A stretch of 64,000 nucleotides of DNA. Origin: Trichoplax sp. H2 (Eukaryota). A program made the position numbers and the translations under genes. Every line of letters begins with the position of its first letter. Position 1 is the stretch's first letter. The notes beneath the pieces are model-generated. The model was not told where the DNA came from. It did not search any database and was given only the letters and a program-made list of their open reading frames with translations. Below are positions 13,501-28,000 of the stretch, one piece after another. The stretch is taken from assembly GCA_003344405.1 (NCBI GenBank), contig NOWV01000013.1, positions 124,001-188,000 of the forward strand. The letters are read 5' to 3'.

Positions 13501-16500
13501 TAGCATTGACCGTGAAATCTTATTACAGTATCTCGCGGTAACAAGCTGTCAATGATACAGCGAATCGAATACGGCCAAATACTGTAGTTGTTAAATGATT
13601 TGGCTGTCCTTTACGAAAAGATTCAATTTTGATCGTAGATTAATCTGGTATCTTCACAGTCAAATCTTTCGTTCATTCCGTAATAAAAAGCTGTGCCATT
13701 ATACTTAAAAATCGACAATCACCATACTGCAAGTTAGGCACAATTCCTTTCAAGACACCAACAAACCGTTATCACTGAAAAAAGTTAGTAATCTCCGAAA
13801 ATATGAATAGAATGTAGCATAAGTCAATTTTCCATTGGTAGCTGCAATGACTGCTTTAGCTTTAATACAGTACCTAATAACTTTACGGTATGATGCAGAA
13901 ACGTTCAAATGCGTTATCCACAATTGTACAACACCATTAATACTGTACCTAAATGGGAAATCTTTTCCTCTTTTAAAATATCTTGGCCTTTGCTCAATCT
14001 GCCAAAATATGCCGCCGGCAAACAATTCAAAATCATACCACATATTGTGTTGACTCATTGATTGACCACGGTGATCTGTATTCCATACATAAATCAGATC
14101 TACATACAGTACAGCCACAGACGATATGCCTAATATTATTATTATCGAAATATCCAAAATATTAGTTTTTAAGACAACCGGTTGTTAAATCGAGTTATAA
14201 TATGTATTTTACTGCTATACGCATATCTATATGTACATAATGCAGTAATAGGTAATTGCTCCTATAGATCTTCATAACTAGAGTAATAAGTCGATTGAAG
14301 AGTTTTTGCCTTCGGTTTCCTTTTAGACTACTATTCCATGAAATTACTATACTCTTTTCGAAATTGTCTTAACATTATGTGCAATATCTAAGCTAGCAGG
14401 TCGTCATATTTTATTTAATCTTTTATGAGGGTATATTGTAGTCATCTAAACTTTTCGGGAAAATCGAGATTTTACTGATTGGTCAGTACAGTACTGGATA
14501 TGATATCATCCGCTAATATTGGTCAGGCCGGGTGAGCAGGCGACAGTACAGTATATTACATACAATAAAATATTCGGAGAGCCTGGTTTCAATAGCAGTT
14601 TCGTTAAATTACCAGTATATGCCTAATGCTGTTATATTATCAGGCTATAACAGTAATGTAATAATTGTTACCGGCCAACGATAGACTTTAGCCTTTGTAA
14701 AGAATTAGTTTTTAATAATGTTGTAATACATGGATTACTAGAGTAGGAAAGATCCCTTCCAATAGTTCATCTCCTATCACATCAGAAGAGGACTTTCGCT
14801 GACGTAATAAAATTCCACAATCATCCTATAGTTTTAGTTAATATCAAGTAGAAAGAAAATTCTTTGCCGCTGGCTACTTTCCGGATGTTTTTTAAAATAT
14901 CAAAATATTATTATAATACGGTCGTGTAGATGAGATTGCGTCCTTTCAATTTACGTTTTCATGGTAAATACATTAGCTTCGTCTGTTCCTTCAATTCGTC
15001 ATCAATTCAATACGATAGTCTACGAATTAAAAACGTTGTCAAGCCGTAGATAACAAATAAAAGACACCGTTAACTATGCTTTATTGTCATTTTCGGGGTT
15101 GTTATCCATTAATCATTGATATCCAACTGTAGTCTCTTAATTAAATAGAAGAGAAAATTATCTGATGATAATAGAATATAACAGAAAGAAATAGGGAATA
15201 CTCATCATAGTTTAATTCTAGGTTCCAGTAAGCTTCGCTTGATTAAACCGAAGAGAGAGATTGTTTAATGATGACAATTAAAGGTTTCAAATATCATGAC
15301 TTGAGCTTAAGTCATAAAATTACTGTACTTAATTGCGAAGACTAGTCGATGATTATAGAATAGATGTTGTTAAAAAGCATCGAATATCATCATAGAAGGT
15401 CTTAATTGTTCATGACTACAGTTTAATTAAATTTAGAACAACTATTTGATGATCATCATACAGCTAAATCCTCCTAAAAACATCAAATGCTGCGAATTGA
15501 AATTAAAGAGAATAATCTCAAAAATGACGTCAAGCACCGTTGTTTAATCGTCTGTAGGTAGAATACTTACATTCATGTATGTATTCAGATAGAGCTTGCT
15601 AGATGTAACTAACTTATTAGCCAGGACTTGCTAAAAGAAGTTTATAGCCTTTACTATTGATTATGCGGCACAAACCAATGTCCTACTCTTTCAATACGCG
15701 TTCAATTAATTCTCAAAAAACGTACTAAGTGACGCACACTGACATCGCAGTCGTAACCATACGATAATTTACTTCTTATGTGTGCTTGGACGATAGCTAA
15801 ACAAGCTTTGATTTAACTTGAAATGTAGAATTAATGCTTATAAATATTTACGAGATTGGATAAGCTTAATATTTAGAATGAATATACTTTTAAATTTAAT
15901 ACTGCATTTGATTTATCGACTGTATGTATATCTTAAGTTGGTAATTATACCTGCGATTTGGTATTTAAGTATAGAATTACAGTGTTACATTCATTCAGTA
16001 ACTTAGGTGATATAAGGCAAAGTTAACTAGCCATCAGGCATGATTTGGCATTACAATCTTAAGCTTAGATAATTAATAGTTGATAACCTATGTTTTAGAT
16101 AATAATTTTCCAAAACTATCAATTCGTATATTGAAAATTAATTTAATTAAACTGTTACTTTATTCAATTACACTCTAGTTTAAAGTTAGAGTGTAACAAT
16201 TACCCATTCACATCAGGTGGGAGGGGGGTAAAAATTTTGCTATGAACTGCTACAGCACGGAAATTAACATTGCAATTTTAAGATTTGCGAATTATCACTT
16301 TGAAATTGTACGATTTACAAATATGAGTTGGTATAATTTGCGATCGATTTCTAGTTACGAACCATCATTTGACTGTAAAAATGTTGACAGTATTTGTATT
16401 TAAAAGATCATGCAAGATAGTTATAGATAAGGGGGGTTACTTATTTTACAAATTATGAAGTTAACTGGAAATGGTGTTGTATAACTTGCCATAGATAATT

Positions 16501-19500
16501 CTAGTTTTGTCCAATAATACAGTTACTGCACTACCATAGATATTGCATAGTAGAACTGATCTCTTTATAGTGCATGATGATAATTTTTATTTTATTCGTC
16601 CACCAATTTTAGTTATTATAATTACAAGATTAGTCATATCACTTTCCCAGTCGGTGCTGACAATGATTCTTTAGCGCATAGCTATATAAATAATCACTTA
16701 ATAATTATACTGTATAGTAGATGATTACCCTGCTGGTACTGTACTGTAGCAAGATATATTTTAAATTCTACGGTATAAGGGTTTTCATTGGGCTTTTCAA
16801 CGTACTCTATGATTCGTGCAAATTGTTTACTTAAACTCCTTTCAAGGGCTGCCATGGTACATAATGCGAACTATACCACTATAGACTATCGTACTGAATT
16901 GTTGTTTATTTTTGCCAATTGCATGTGGCTACACAATAGTATATGTTATTGGTCATGTAAACGCGTATAGAAGATAATGTTATCCCACTAGGAACTCTAT
17001 AGCAGACTGAATAATATAATCAACAATTACTCTCCAGTGCAGTATGTTATGTACGTAGCGTTGCATTTTTTCTAATACATGTTGCGACTTGTTTGCACAT
17101 GTTAAAACTCCAATTTACTGTGCATGCATATCTTTATGTTTTCATCATAACTTCGAGAATTAAAATTGACCTTGTTTACGATGTACTATATAGCGTACAC
17201 TTTAATTGTCCTCCGTTTTACGTGTTTTGTAATATACTAGATTTTACGAAGTATGAGACGCTATCGCGCGATATTGATAACTACTTACGATCCAAATAGC
17301 ATGATCGAAAACCTTTATATGATGAATTGCTTTTTCTAGGTCGGAATGAATTGATTGCTCGTTATATCAAGTTGAGAACAGGCAAACATAGGTCCAGAAA
17401 ACAGGTACTTTACAAACGATAGTCAAGAATTATAACTTTAATATTGTTATGTATCGTATGATTTGAATTTAGATCTACCTTGCATCAATGCTTTTAGTTT
17501 ACTCTGTAAAAATTAAATCTTATGTATATATACAAAAGGATTTAGTAAAGTTGCATTGTTTGTTGTGCGTTCAATTTAGTATTAAAATGTTAACATCTCA
17601 GTTTAAGTAATATATGGATCTGTATATAAATCAACCCTTATTAAAGCAACATTGGATACTATTGCACGATCATCGTCAGCATCGTGTACTATTTTTTATT
17701 GCCGTGAAAAATGAGTTGATGCACGTAGGCCTTAGTAAAATGATTTTAACGCTTGCGTTACTGTAATCATACTTATTCATACATTTTTTATACCCACAAA
17801 TATCTCCTACGATTAGAACTTCTTACTCTTTTAGACCGTAATTTATTTTACAGCTTAAATTACTCACTATTTCAAAGTCTTATACAGTACTGTATAGTAT
17901 TACCATACCTTTTGTAAATTATCGCTCTTAAGTCACTTTAAAAATTTCATACTTACGTTCTCACTATAACTAAAGATGCAGTGTTTACAGAGATGGACAA
18001 GATCTTACAGTGCTATTCCGAAAATATTGTAACTAAAAGTTTTTCTATCTATTTTAACAGGTGTCTAGTCACATACAGGTCTTAGCAAGAAAAAAGGCTA
18101 GAGAAATAAAAAATAATTTAAAAACGACGGATGTATGCACTAATAATAAACGAAATATTTTTTTTTCTAGACGTAGAGAGTTTTTAAATCTTTACTATTA
18201 CTAATTATAATTGATACTATCTAGAATCCATCAAATCGAGAAATTGCTTTGCAAGCTATTGCGACTATGTCGTCAGCACAGATTGTGTCGGCATCAGCTT
18301 TGTTTAGTAATTTAGTGTCAACTAAGCCAACGTTATCAACGTCAGGCGCAAAGGCTACAGCACAGCCAGTTAATGCATCTGGCCAACAGCCCATGGAAAT
18401 TGCTGCACCATCTTCTGAACTTTATCCTAATCAAGTTTCGATGCGTATCTTTTACTAGCTAAAACGAAATGTAGACATACGATTATGTATTATTGTAGTT
18501 AAACTAATAACAACGATATATTTATTACGAGATTACTACCTTTACAAAACGGTAGCTACTACATCAAGTACTGGATATGAATTGGGAAATAACGGCAACG
18601 CTAATAATCTAAAAGTAAGTCTAGGAATTGTAGACCATTATCATATATGGATATAAAAAGACATATATTACTTAATTAGATGTGGCCTTCTAGAAATTCA
18701 AATGACGCTACGAATTTGCGGTATGTATATAATATGTCCTGACTTATAAAGATATATTCATCAATGAGAGAAAAATAACTATCGGGACATAATTGCTGCC
18801 ATCATTGTTTAATCAAGTATTTCGTTTGTTTGTAATCTGGTAACAGAAATAACCAGAAATTAATGAATATGGAGCCAGTTTGTTCATCTTCGATCAACCG
18901 GAAAACCCTTCCAGATTCTAAGGTACTTTAGAAACTGACTTCGTTTACCATTTAATATTAAAAAATAATCCAGCTTTATCCATGTGCGGTTCAGGAAGCG
19001 GTCAGATCAGCCATTAACAACGGTGGAGAATCCAACAAGTCTGGAGCAATCACCGGCCATGTACGTAACAGTGTTAGCTATCGTCTTTACAGCTGTACTT
19101 TATAATGATACCATTTAATTAAATTGCTTACAACAGAATATAAAGCTGCAAGAATTTTCTGCCTTTCTTACATCGAAAATCGAATCGGAAGTTAGTTGGA
19201 TATCTCAATTACTACAAGTAATTTCTCTTAATATCAGGATTTACAGTACTCAAAGTAATTGCATTTGATTACAGCCTCGCAAACATCATTTTGTACGTAT
19301 TGGTCAATCAAACGACTTAAAAAATATAGAGGTAAGTCCCAGTATATCAATGTAGTAAGTAATGAGCCCCTTTACATATTATAGTTTTTGTTATTAATTT
19401 ATATTATTTTATATACGCACCCTAAGATTTTCTTTAACATACTAGTCAATAGACATCCAACAAATTCTCGATAAATTTCCTGATGGTCAAAACGGATTAA

Positions 19501-20219
19501 AAGATCTATATTCTAAAGGACCTCCAGATGCGTTCTACCTGGTTAAATTTTGGGTACATTCATTCTCAGTTATCGTGAATCAATTTTGCAAACTTTAAAA
19601 TAGTTTAAGCCAATATAAAATCAATTATTTGATTAGGGCGATATGAATATAACGATTCCAGAAGAAGGGGCATTTTATGGTGTTTCCTCTTGTTATGAAA
19701 GTGAAAAGCAGATGAAGATTCTAATATCATCGAAAGTTTGCTCATTTGGTAAACAAGTAGTTGAAAAAGTTGAGGTATAGCAAACGTAATTAGTGAATTT
19801 TTTCACAATTTTCTTAAAATTGTCTTCTTTATTTTAAGATTTTCTGATACGGATATTCAATTTATGTAATTGTATTCTTAGGGTGAACATGGATCATATG
19901 AAAATGGAAAATATGTATATCAGGCTACAGATTCCCCTTGGTGCGATTATTTGATAACGTTCATAGGAAAATTACGTAGCCTTCCTGAAAAGTATATGAT
20001 GAATAGTGTCCTTGAAAATTTTACTGTATTACAGGTAAAATTTCTGCAACACAGATATTTTCTTGTGCAATTTCTCTGTATAATGTTAAAAATCATTTAT
20101 TCTAGGTTGTAATTAACCAAGAAACGAAAGAGACTTTATTATGCATCGCGTACATTTTTGAAGTATCAAGCGGTGATCATGGTACTCAACATCGTGTTTA
20201 CCGGCTTGTCATGGGATAA
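10549..20219 (+). CDS. TEAD: TEAD/TEF-1/scalloped transcription factor (TEA DNA-binding domain plus YAP-binding domain)
   Basis: Exon 10549-10729 encodes [39 protein letters not shown], exon 17340-17404 [21 protein letters not shown], and exon 18061-18132 [13 protein letters not shown]-terminal exons encode [37 protein letters not shown]...[20 protein letters not shown] and [13 protein letters not shown]...HRVYRLVMG*. Exons in the middle linker are less certain. Confidence 0.97.
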
Positions 20220-22021
20220 TGGAGTAAACGCAACCTTTTCGTTTCTCCTACTAACCCGTAACAATATCGGCTTATGAACTCATTTACAGTATGTATTACT
20301 GTGATTTTACTTCTTTGTTTATTGTGCATTTTTGTCAAAAAATAATGCCCCGAATACGAGTAAAAAATATTAATTTCTTAACATGCATCTCACTAATACG
20401 ATTACTGGAACCAACTGGACAACTTGTTAAGCCGTAAAGTATGCAGTGATTAATATCGACATGTTTCGGTTTAAGAACTGCCATGGAAATCACGCCAGTT
20501 AAATTAGAGTAATACACGCTTTACTGTAATGACATATTGTGAATTTTTTATACAGTGCAGTGCGGTAAATATTGATAAGCCTTATCGTAGAAAGAATATG
20601 ATTTTGTTTTGATTTGTTGTTGTACTACAATACGTATATAGTACTCTGTATGAAAAAAAAATTAGCTGCATTTGTGCAATAACACCAGCACATCGTTAGA
20701 ACTTCGAGATTTCAAAATTACTAAATTAAGGGTTCAAAGTAACTCATCTACATCGTTCAACATTTTTTTTGTCCATTCTGACTTATTTCCGGCTTTGTTC
20801 CATAAATAAATTTGCTATCTTTTCAGGACCTTCCATTGCTGAGTGCTGATTGACGCACAAGCAGCAAAGTGTATTGTAACGTTATCATACAACCTGGTAA
20901 AATATATAAATACGTAACCACCAAATGTCGATTGTACCAGAATTTAACGAGTAATGAATAAAATAAAAAGAAAATACTTCGCGTCTTATCTCATAGCTTT
21001 ATGTTTGGTGAAAGAGGTACAGGACTGACTTATACAAATTATTTCCATGAAGATATATGAGTATATCTTATTTTAAGTCACCGTACAGAGTACAGTCAAG
21101 TTCGATAATCAGTGATTGAAATCTTACTGTAGATTTAGTAAACCATACATTTACAATGACAATTTGAAATTATATCTTTTTACAGGACCAATTTAATAAC
21201 AATCATCATCTTCAGTAGTTTTCATTAATAATATATTCAATTTTGCTAAAGATTACATACATTTTCTCAATGGGATATCTATGACCTAAATAGTACAGTA
21301 ATTTACATAATTTAGAAGCATAGCTTTTGTCATCATCACATGTATATATATACCGTTATATTAAAACCACTTCAAAATTCATCATTGTAGAGAAATAAAT
21401 ACAGTACAAAGATATTACATAGAATATTGTATAAGCAGTTAAAAGTTACATTATATACGTATGCGTATTGCATCCAATCGACAGCATATTATCACATACT
21501 GGTACAGTATCTTACGTGTATATCTTTACCATTGATGAGATTATATAAATTTCTACTTTTTATTAAGCTGAAATAATGTAAGGGTTATTATTTCGCATAA
21601 GGTTTAGCGCCAATTATTTGTAAACCTACTGGAAATTTAACAAATCTCTACTGATTAAACAGCACCATGTATAACTTTTGGTATGAAAAAGTAAAATATC
21701 AACATTTAAAAGATCTCAATTGCATTATTAAATCATTAAAGTTAGATATATCAATCTATCACGTTTCAATCAAATTTTATATTATAAATCAAATAGTACG
21801 GTTAACCTTCATAATGTAGATGATATACTCGTCGATTAATGTATGGCTTTGATGCATAATAGTCACAGATAATCATACAGTAGTACATTCTTCAAAAAAA
21901 TCTGATATAAATACATGTTGCATAACTCGTAAGCATCTCAAGATATTGTATGTTAAGCAACAAATTATCTAGGTACAGGTAATGATTCTAAAGTTCCGGT
22001 AGCCCATTACCACTTTCATTA

Positions 22022-25000
22022 TCAGAATGCTCTAAAGTTTCATAATGTAAAACTAGCTGTCCTCCACCCTTCCAAAAGAAATGCTTTACAGTTCTTAAAT
22101 CTAGCACCGGATCAATTACCTATAATTAACGCATGAAAACAGCATCAACAAATTAGTGAAGTTATTTTAGAGCACATTCATATAGTTGTACTGCTGTAAG
22201 AATATCTAACCTGATCTTGGCATAAAATTCGCAGTCTATTTGCATTTGTGGGAATACCACTAGGTTCGGCACTCTTGGAATGATTCTTATTGTTATCATT
22301 TCCTTGGTTCTCTGCTTGGCTTGACTTCTCATTGCTAATAACATGTTCGATAATTTTTTGAATGCTAACATTATCGCTTGCAGTAAATTGATGTCTAGAT
22401 TAATGCAAAAAATAACAATAAATTATAAATGACACCGTATATTAAATTCTATTTAAAGCTATTACTAATCAAAGCAGTTTTAAATAATTTTAAATAACAT
22501 AAAAAAGAGTATTCTTCAATTAACGAATACCATAATATCTTTTAGTGTTACCTTTTGGCAGATTTAGCTGTGCTTATATAAGGTATTAGGTTAAATGTCA
22601 TCTTGACTAATTCTGGAATTTTATCCTAGGTATTAAATTTGATATTGTAAGTGTACAAAAAATTAAAATCGAACGATATTGCTGTAAAGTTTCAATATAC
22701 CGCAAAAACTGCATTACTAATCCAACGCGGTAAGGCCTTAACATTTTGAGATTCTTCCTGTTCATACGCTGCATCTCCGCAGCTCATCCTTATAGTCACT
22801 CGGAAAGTTTCTCCTTGCTCCGAGATAATTAATGGAGTATGCTTAGGTGCACAGAAATGCTCTTGAATGTCTTTGGTTATCTATTTCCAAACAAAGTTAT
22901 AAAAATGTAAGAGTTGACTAAAGATTATCAATAAGTAAAACTGTACAATAAAACGAGTAGCAGCGTATCTAAATTTACCTGTGCTCTAGAATTTTGAGAA
23001 TTGGCATCTGAAGAATAATAAAAAAATTATTAATATTATCATTCATAAATATAATACAATAACCATTGAGATTATATTATCCACACCTGCTTAACAGTTT
23101 ACGATGTTAGATACTATGGTATAACTACATGCTCTTTATAATCAGCACTTATCATAAATATACTACATGTCCTCTATAATCAGCAACACATTATAAAATT
23201 ATGGCAAATAATCACATTTATGTAATGACTAATGTAGTGAATCAATTCTATCATAGTGATTCAAAATTAAATAGCAAACATTGAAAAATTTTTTACCGCT
23301 GTCATTCAATGTATTATTATCTTGCAGGTGATATTTTTCAGGAAAATAATTCATTAAAGCCTTTAATGTTACACAGCCTAAATTAACTGTACGAGAAGCA
23401 ATGATAGAAAAATGTAAAGCGCCTTTAATATATGCTGTTCAACAACAAACATATCTAAAAATGATAACTCATAGGGGTATATCTATGAAATTTATTTACC
23501 TTTACAATCGCTAAAATTATCTGAATTTCCTGGTAATAAATCTTTAGCTGATATCCAAGCAGAAAAGCAATCTGACTCCTCTAGTGATATATTCAGCATC
23601 TAGAAGAACGGCAAATAGTGATATTGCGTGAATTATTAGAAATGAATACATTATAATTATCATGATAAAAGTTTCACAATACAATACATACACCAGTTTT
23701 TACATCAACAGTAAACCAATTAGGTACATAGACTAGCTGTTTACGCTTTTCAATTTCCTTTTCATAATCTATTTCTCCAAGTTCTTCAACTTTACGAGCC
23801 TTTTACAAACATAAGTCATAACTCAGTAATGCAAAATAAATTAGCCAACGCTAACTATCATGAGAGTACCAATTTACCTTCAATACATCATATAATGCAA
23901 CTGAATCATCAGTATCCTTAGTCAGTATATGTCGACGATCGTTCATTACATGATATTTAAATATACCTGAGCTACCTGCATAAACAAAACTCAGCGAGTG
24001 AATAAGATCAAACACAATATTCATTTTTCAATTATTTGGCGATACAATCTTTATCTTTGACCAACCTTTAATAGTACAATCAGAAGTCGTTTCTAGGGGT
24101 CTTGACGATGCTGACGTCCCATTTTCTGTAATTCTTGACCCCGTAGCATCCTTATCATTAATTGGCTATATAAGAAATAATATGTTGGGTAAACGATTAG
24201 AACTCAAATGTAATTAATAATATGCTGCATATTTAATATTATATTGAGAAATTACCCATCTATGAACATCCGAACTTGTAGTTGCAACCCATAATGATTT
24301 TGGTTCATCTTGAATTATCATCTGTAAAGTTAAAATTAATTAATAATACTTATACATTATAGGACAATTTGTCTATCAATTGTACCAATAAATTCATAAC
24401 TACCTTTAAAACAGGATGCTTTTCGGTACAAAATAGTGCTCCTTGAGATTGCCTCATATCCGTATAAAATACTTTACAATCGTTGCCACCGGAATAAAAG
24501 CTGGTGAAATTTTCATCAACGCAAAGAGCCCAGACACCGGCTTCATGATTTTTAAATGTTGTAATACACCTTTGTTGACCTAACGACCATAACTTAACGG
24601 AACCATCAGAACTACCAGAAAGACACTATCATATTGGAAAGAACAATATTAATTATGTACCATTGTATACATTAACCTAGTGCGGCAGACTACCTTTGTC
24701 CCATCGGCGCTTAACATTACAGTCTTTACATTATCGGTATGACCAATTAGCTTCATCATTCTACCATTTTTACGAGGATCTCTAATATCCCATACCCTTA
24801 ATGCCTGAATTTGTAAATAAATATATTGTTAACATTATCAATCGCCTGATGCCTAGTTTACTGACATAATTTTCAAAGTTATCATTAGTAATTTTTTATA
24901 GAGTAATTTTCAACTTTAATGTTTTCATATTATAATGAATCTTCTACTGATTTGATTGTTATTATCTGATAATACTATACCCTTTCAGTAGATCCAGTTA

Positions 25001-28000
25001 CTACAACGGTTCCTCCTGCGTCCATAGCAATACTATACACTGAATTTTTCTGCCCATTTAAAGGCTTGGCTAAAAAATTACATATAAAGATCGTAAGTGA
25101 GTCTCTCTAGGTGAATAATGGCTGTTAAGAAAATATCATATATTTAGTTAATGTGAGGGTACTTTACAGACTGATGTAATCAATAAAAAACACGTGAGAA
25201 TAACATAAAGTTAAATCATATAATAATGTGGTCAGTCCTAATACTCTGCTATGATAGAATAATTATATATTGCTGACTTTGTAATGATTTTCTCTTTCAA
25301 TTATCTATGACATTAATATACTTACTTTTTAATACATTATTTGACGGCGTTAAAGCTACTAAAGTAGTTACATCCCATAAATATATTTGTTTATCGAAGC
25401 CTGATGATGCGAATAAGTCTCTTTGCTTAGAATAAGCCAAAGCGCGCACATAGTCGCGATGAGTGTAGAGAGTTGATTGGCAACAGCCACGAACAGCATC
25501 CCACACCTTGACTGTGGTATCAGATGAACCTGAAATAACTATAAGATAGGAAAGAGATGATAAGTATAACATGCTCTCCATTCGATTCGAGTATAAAAGG
25601 TAGTAAATATTTAGTTAGTAAACATTATTGTTGTTTTCGAAAGTTATAACAATTTTTGCTACAATATTAATTCAGACATTTTCCATACTTGTTTTCCCGT
25701 TGTGGCATAGTACCAGATCATTTACCCAATCTGAATGATGCTCCATGGATCTGATATATGTTCCCTGGGTAGTAAGAAAAATGAAATCCTTGTTATGCTT
25801 ATTTCTATTTCTTATTATCTATCAATAGATTACGTTGCAATCAGTATCGTAAATACTGTTAAAAGAAGTGGATGTGCTATACGATATTGCAGTGTAGCGA
25901 GAATAGCTATTTCATTAGCAGGTTCAATTACTGTTGATAACTTAGAATACAAAGAAATAATAGGGTCAATGTTGTTGAAGGTCAGCAAAACTAGATTGGG
26001 TAAAGGAATATAGCGATCGAATGATAACACTATTACACAATAATAGTAATAATTTTAATCAATTCCTATCATGTAAATTTAGCTGTTAATATCTTCAGCG
26101 ACCTTAGCATATAACTTATGTTCTACACCTCAAGTTGATGGAGGTATGTATATAATTAGGGCAAAGTTATCTTGCGAACATGCCAAGATCGATTTTGTAC
26201 AAAATTTGATAGAAATAATACATAGTGCCTACGAGTATTTTAATCTTTGTGTACATGAAACTCATTTAAAAAGTAATTCAAAGTATTAGCTTTGATAAGC
26301 AGTGGATAGAAATGATCTATTCACTTAATGTAACATTTCAACTTCATACTATTCTTTCCATATTCGACTAATTTAAAAGGTAAATTCAAAGTACTAGCTT
26401 TGATATTAAGTAATAGATGAAAATAATCTATACTTTACTGTAATATTATATTCCATTTTCGTACTATTCTTTCAATGTTCGAGTAATTAAATAGCCTCCT
26501 CAAATTATTGCCTTGATAAGCAAAGGATTGCAATAATTTCTCCCCTTTTTATAATTCATCAACTTTTACATTATACTTTCTATAGTTGACCAATTTAAAA
26601 ATAGGCTGCAAATATTAACTTTGATAATAAGCAATGGATAGGAATAATCTATCCACTTGTTCTAACTTATCAACTCTTACATTATTCTTTCCATATTGGA
26701 CTAAATTAAATTGTCTATTCAATGTATTGGCTTTGATAAGTAATGGACAGAAGCAATAATGTATTTCTCTATTCTAACATGATATTCCACTATTGTATTC
26801 TTCTTTCAATATTCGACTAATTTGAAAAGGATGCTTGAACTATTGCCTTAGATAAGCAATGGATTGAACTAGTTTATCCCCTTATTATAACTAATTAACT
26901 CTTTTTATTACTCTTGCGCTATTCGACCAATTTTAAAAATAGACTCAAAAGTATTAGCTTTGATAAGTCATGAGTTGAAATAACAATTTATTGCTTTGGT
27001 ATCACTTATCAACTCTACTATTATTCTTCCATAGTTGACGAATTTAAAAGTACGTCTACTCCAATTACAGCATATTATACGCGTCTCGACAGAGATATAT
27101 AGTATTACCCTTAAATTACTCGTATGCGAATTGATAGAGTAATCATGTACTGCTTGATTACTCTATTCGTAGTACTTACTCTTGTATTATTACAAAAACT
27201 GATTACCACTCAGAAATGGGATACTATGAAAGGAAGGTATTGATGGACACGGATAAAAAGAGATGGGGAAACTATTTCATACTATAGTGTTGAAAAACAT
27301 TTACTTGCAATGACGCAATAATAGCTGTCGATCCTTGTATACCACTGGTATGTTGTTATTGAGGACTAGATTGTCGCCATCGGAAGGATTAATACGAGTA
27401 TCGTTATTGTATGATGGCAAGTAACGGATTAAAAACGTCTTTGAACCTTGTAAGTGGGTTCATTTATTTCTTGAACAAAACATGATATTAACAAACATAC
27501 GAGTCTACTGTAAGATTGTACGGGGGGGGGGGTAGGCATTGGTAGAAGACGAAGCAGCGGTCGATTCTGAAAGGCTTGATAATATGTAGTAGTCCACCTA
27601 TCAACGATAGACTTATCTAGTGGAAAACTGCTACTATGATAAAGCTAGTATGACTATTTATAAGTGGAAAAAGGGGTAATAAAGTATGTTTTCAGTCGCA
27701 CCTAAGCGATAAATTATGATTGCCTGAATGAAGGAAAAAGTGAATGCAGATACAATGATTGAAATGGTGATCCATGCGTGGCTTAATACTCCCAACTAGT
27801 ATGGAATGACATTGTATTGACGTCTGCCTCTTCTATCCTAATACTATCGCTATCCCATTGTGTACCCTATTAGTCTAGATGAACGATCCTATCGGAAAGA
27901 ATAGATGGATCGATTGATAGATGATGATTGAAATCAATCAATCCATGTCTAGTGCAGTCATTGAGAGCAGATCGCCCAAAAAAGATTGGTTGAAGATACC

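Noticed and set aside
10772-13680. MCAT (CATTCC/GGAATG) sites in TEAD intron 1 as an autoregulatory cluster
   Set aside because: I saw about four in 6.6 kb, which is not clearly above chance for a hexamer on two strands.
13750-14165. 135 aa minus-strand ORF and overlapping ORFs in TEAD intron 1
   Set aside because: No recognisable domain or supporting exon chain. These are probably chance ORFs.
23120-23190. Short duplicated ~25 nt motif (actacatg...tataatcagca) in a WDR48 intron
   Set aside because: A small local duplication with no evident function.
27522-27533. Poly-G run in WDR48 intron 1
   Set aside because: It is an isolated homopolymer with no other support for function.
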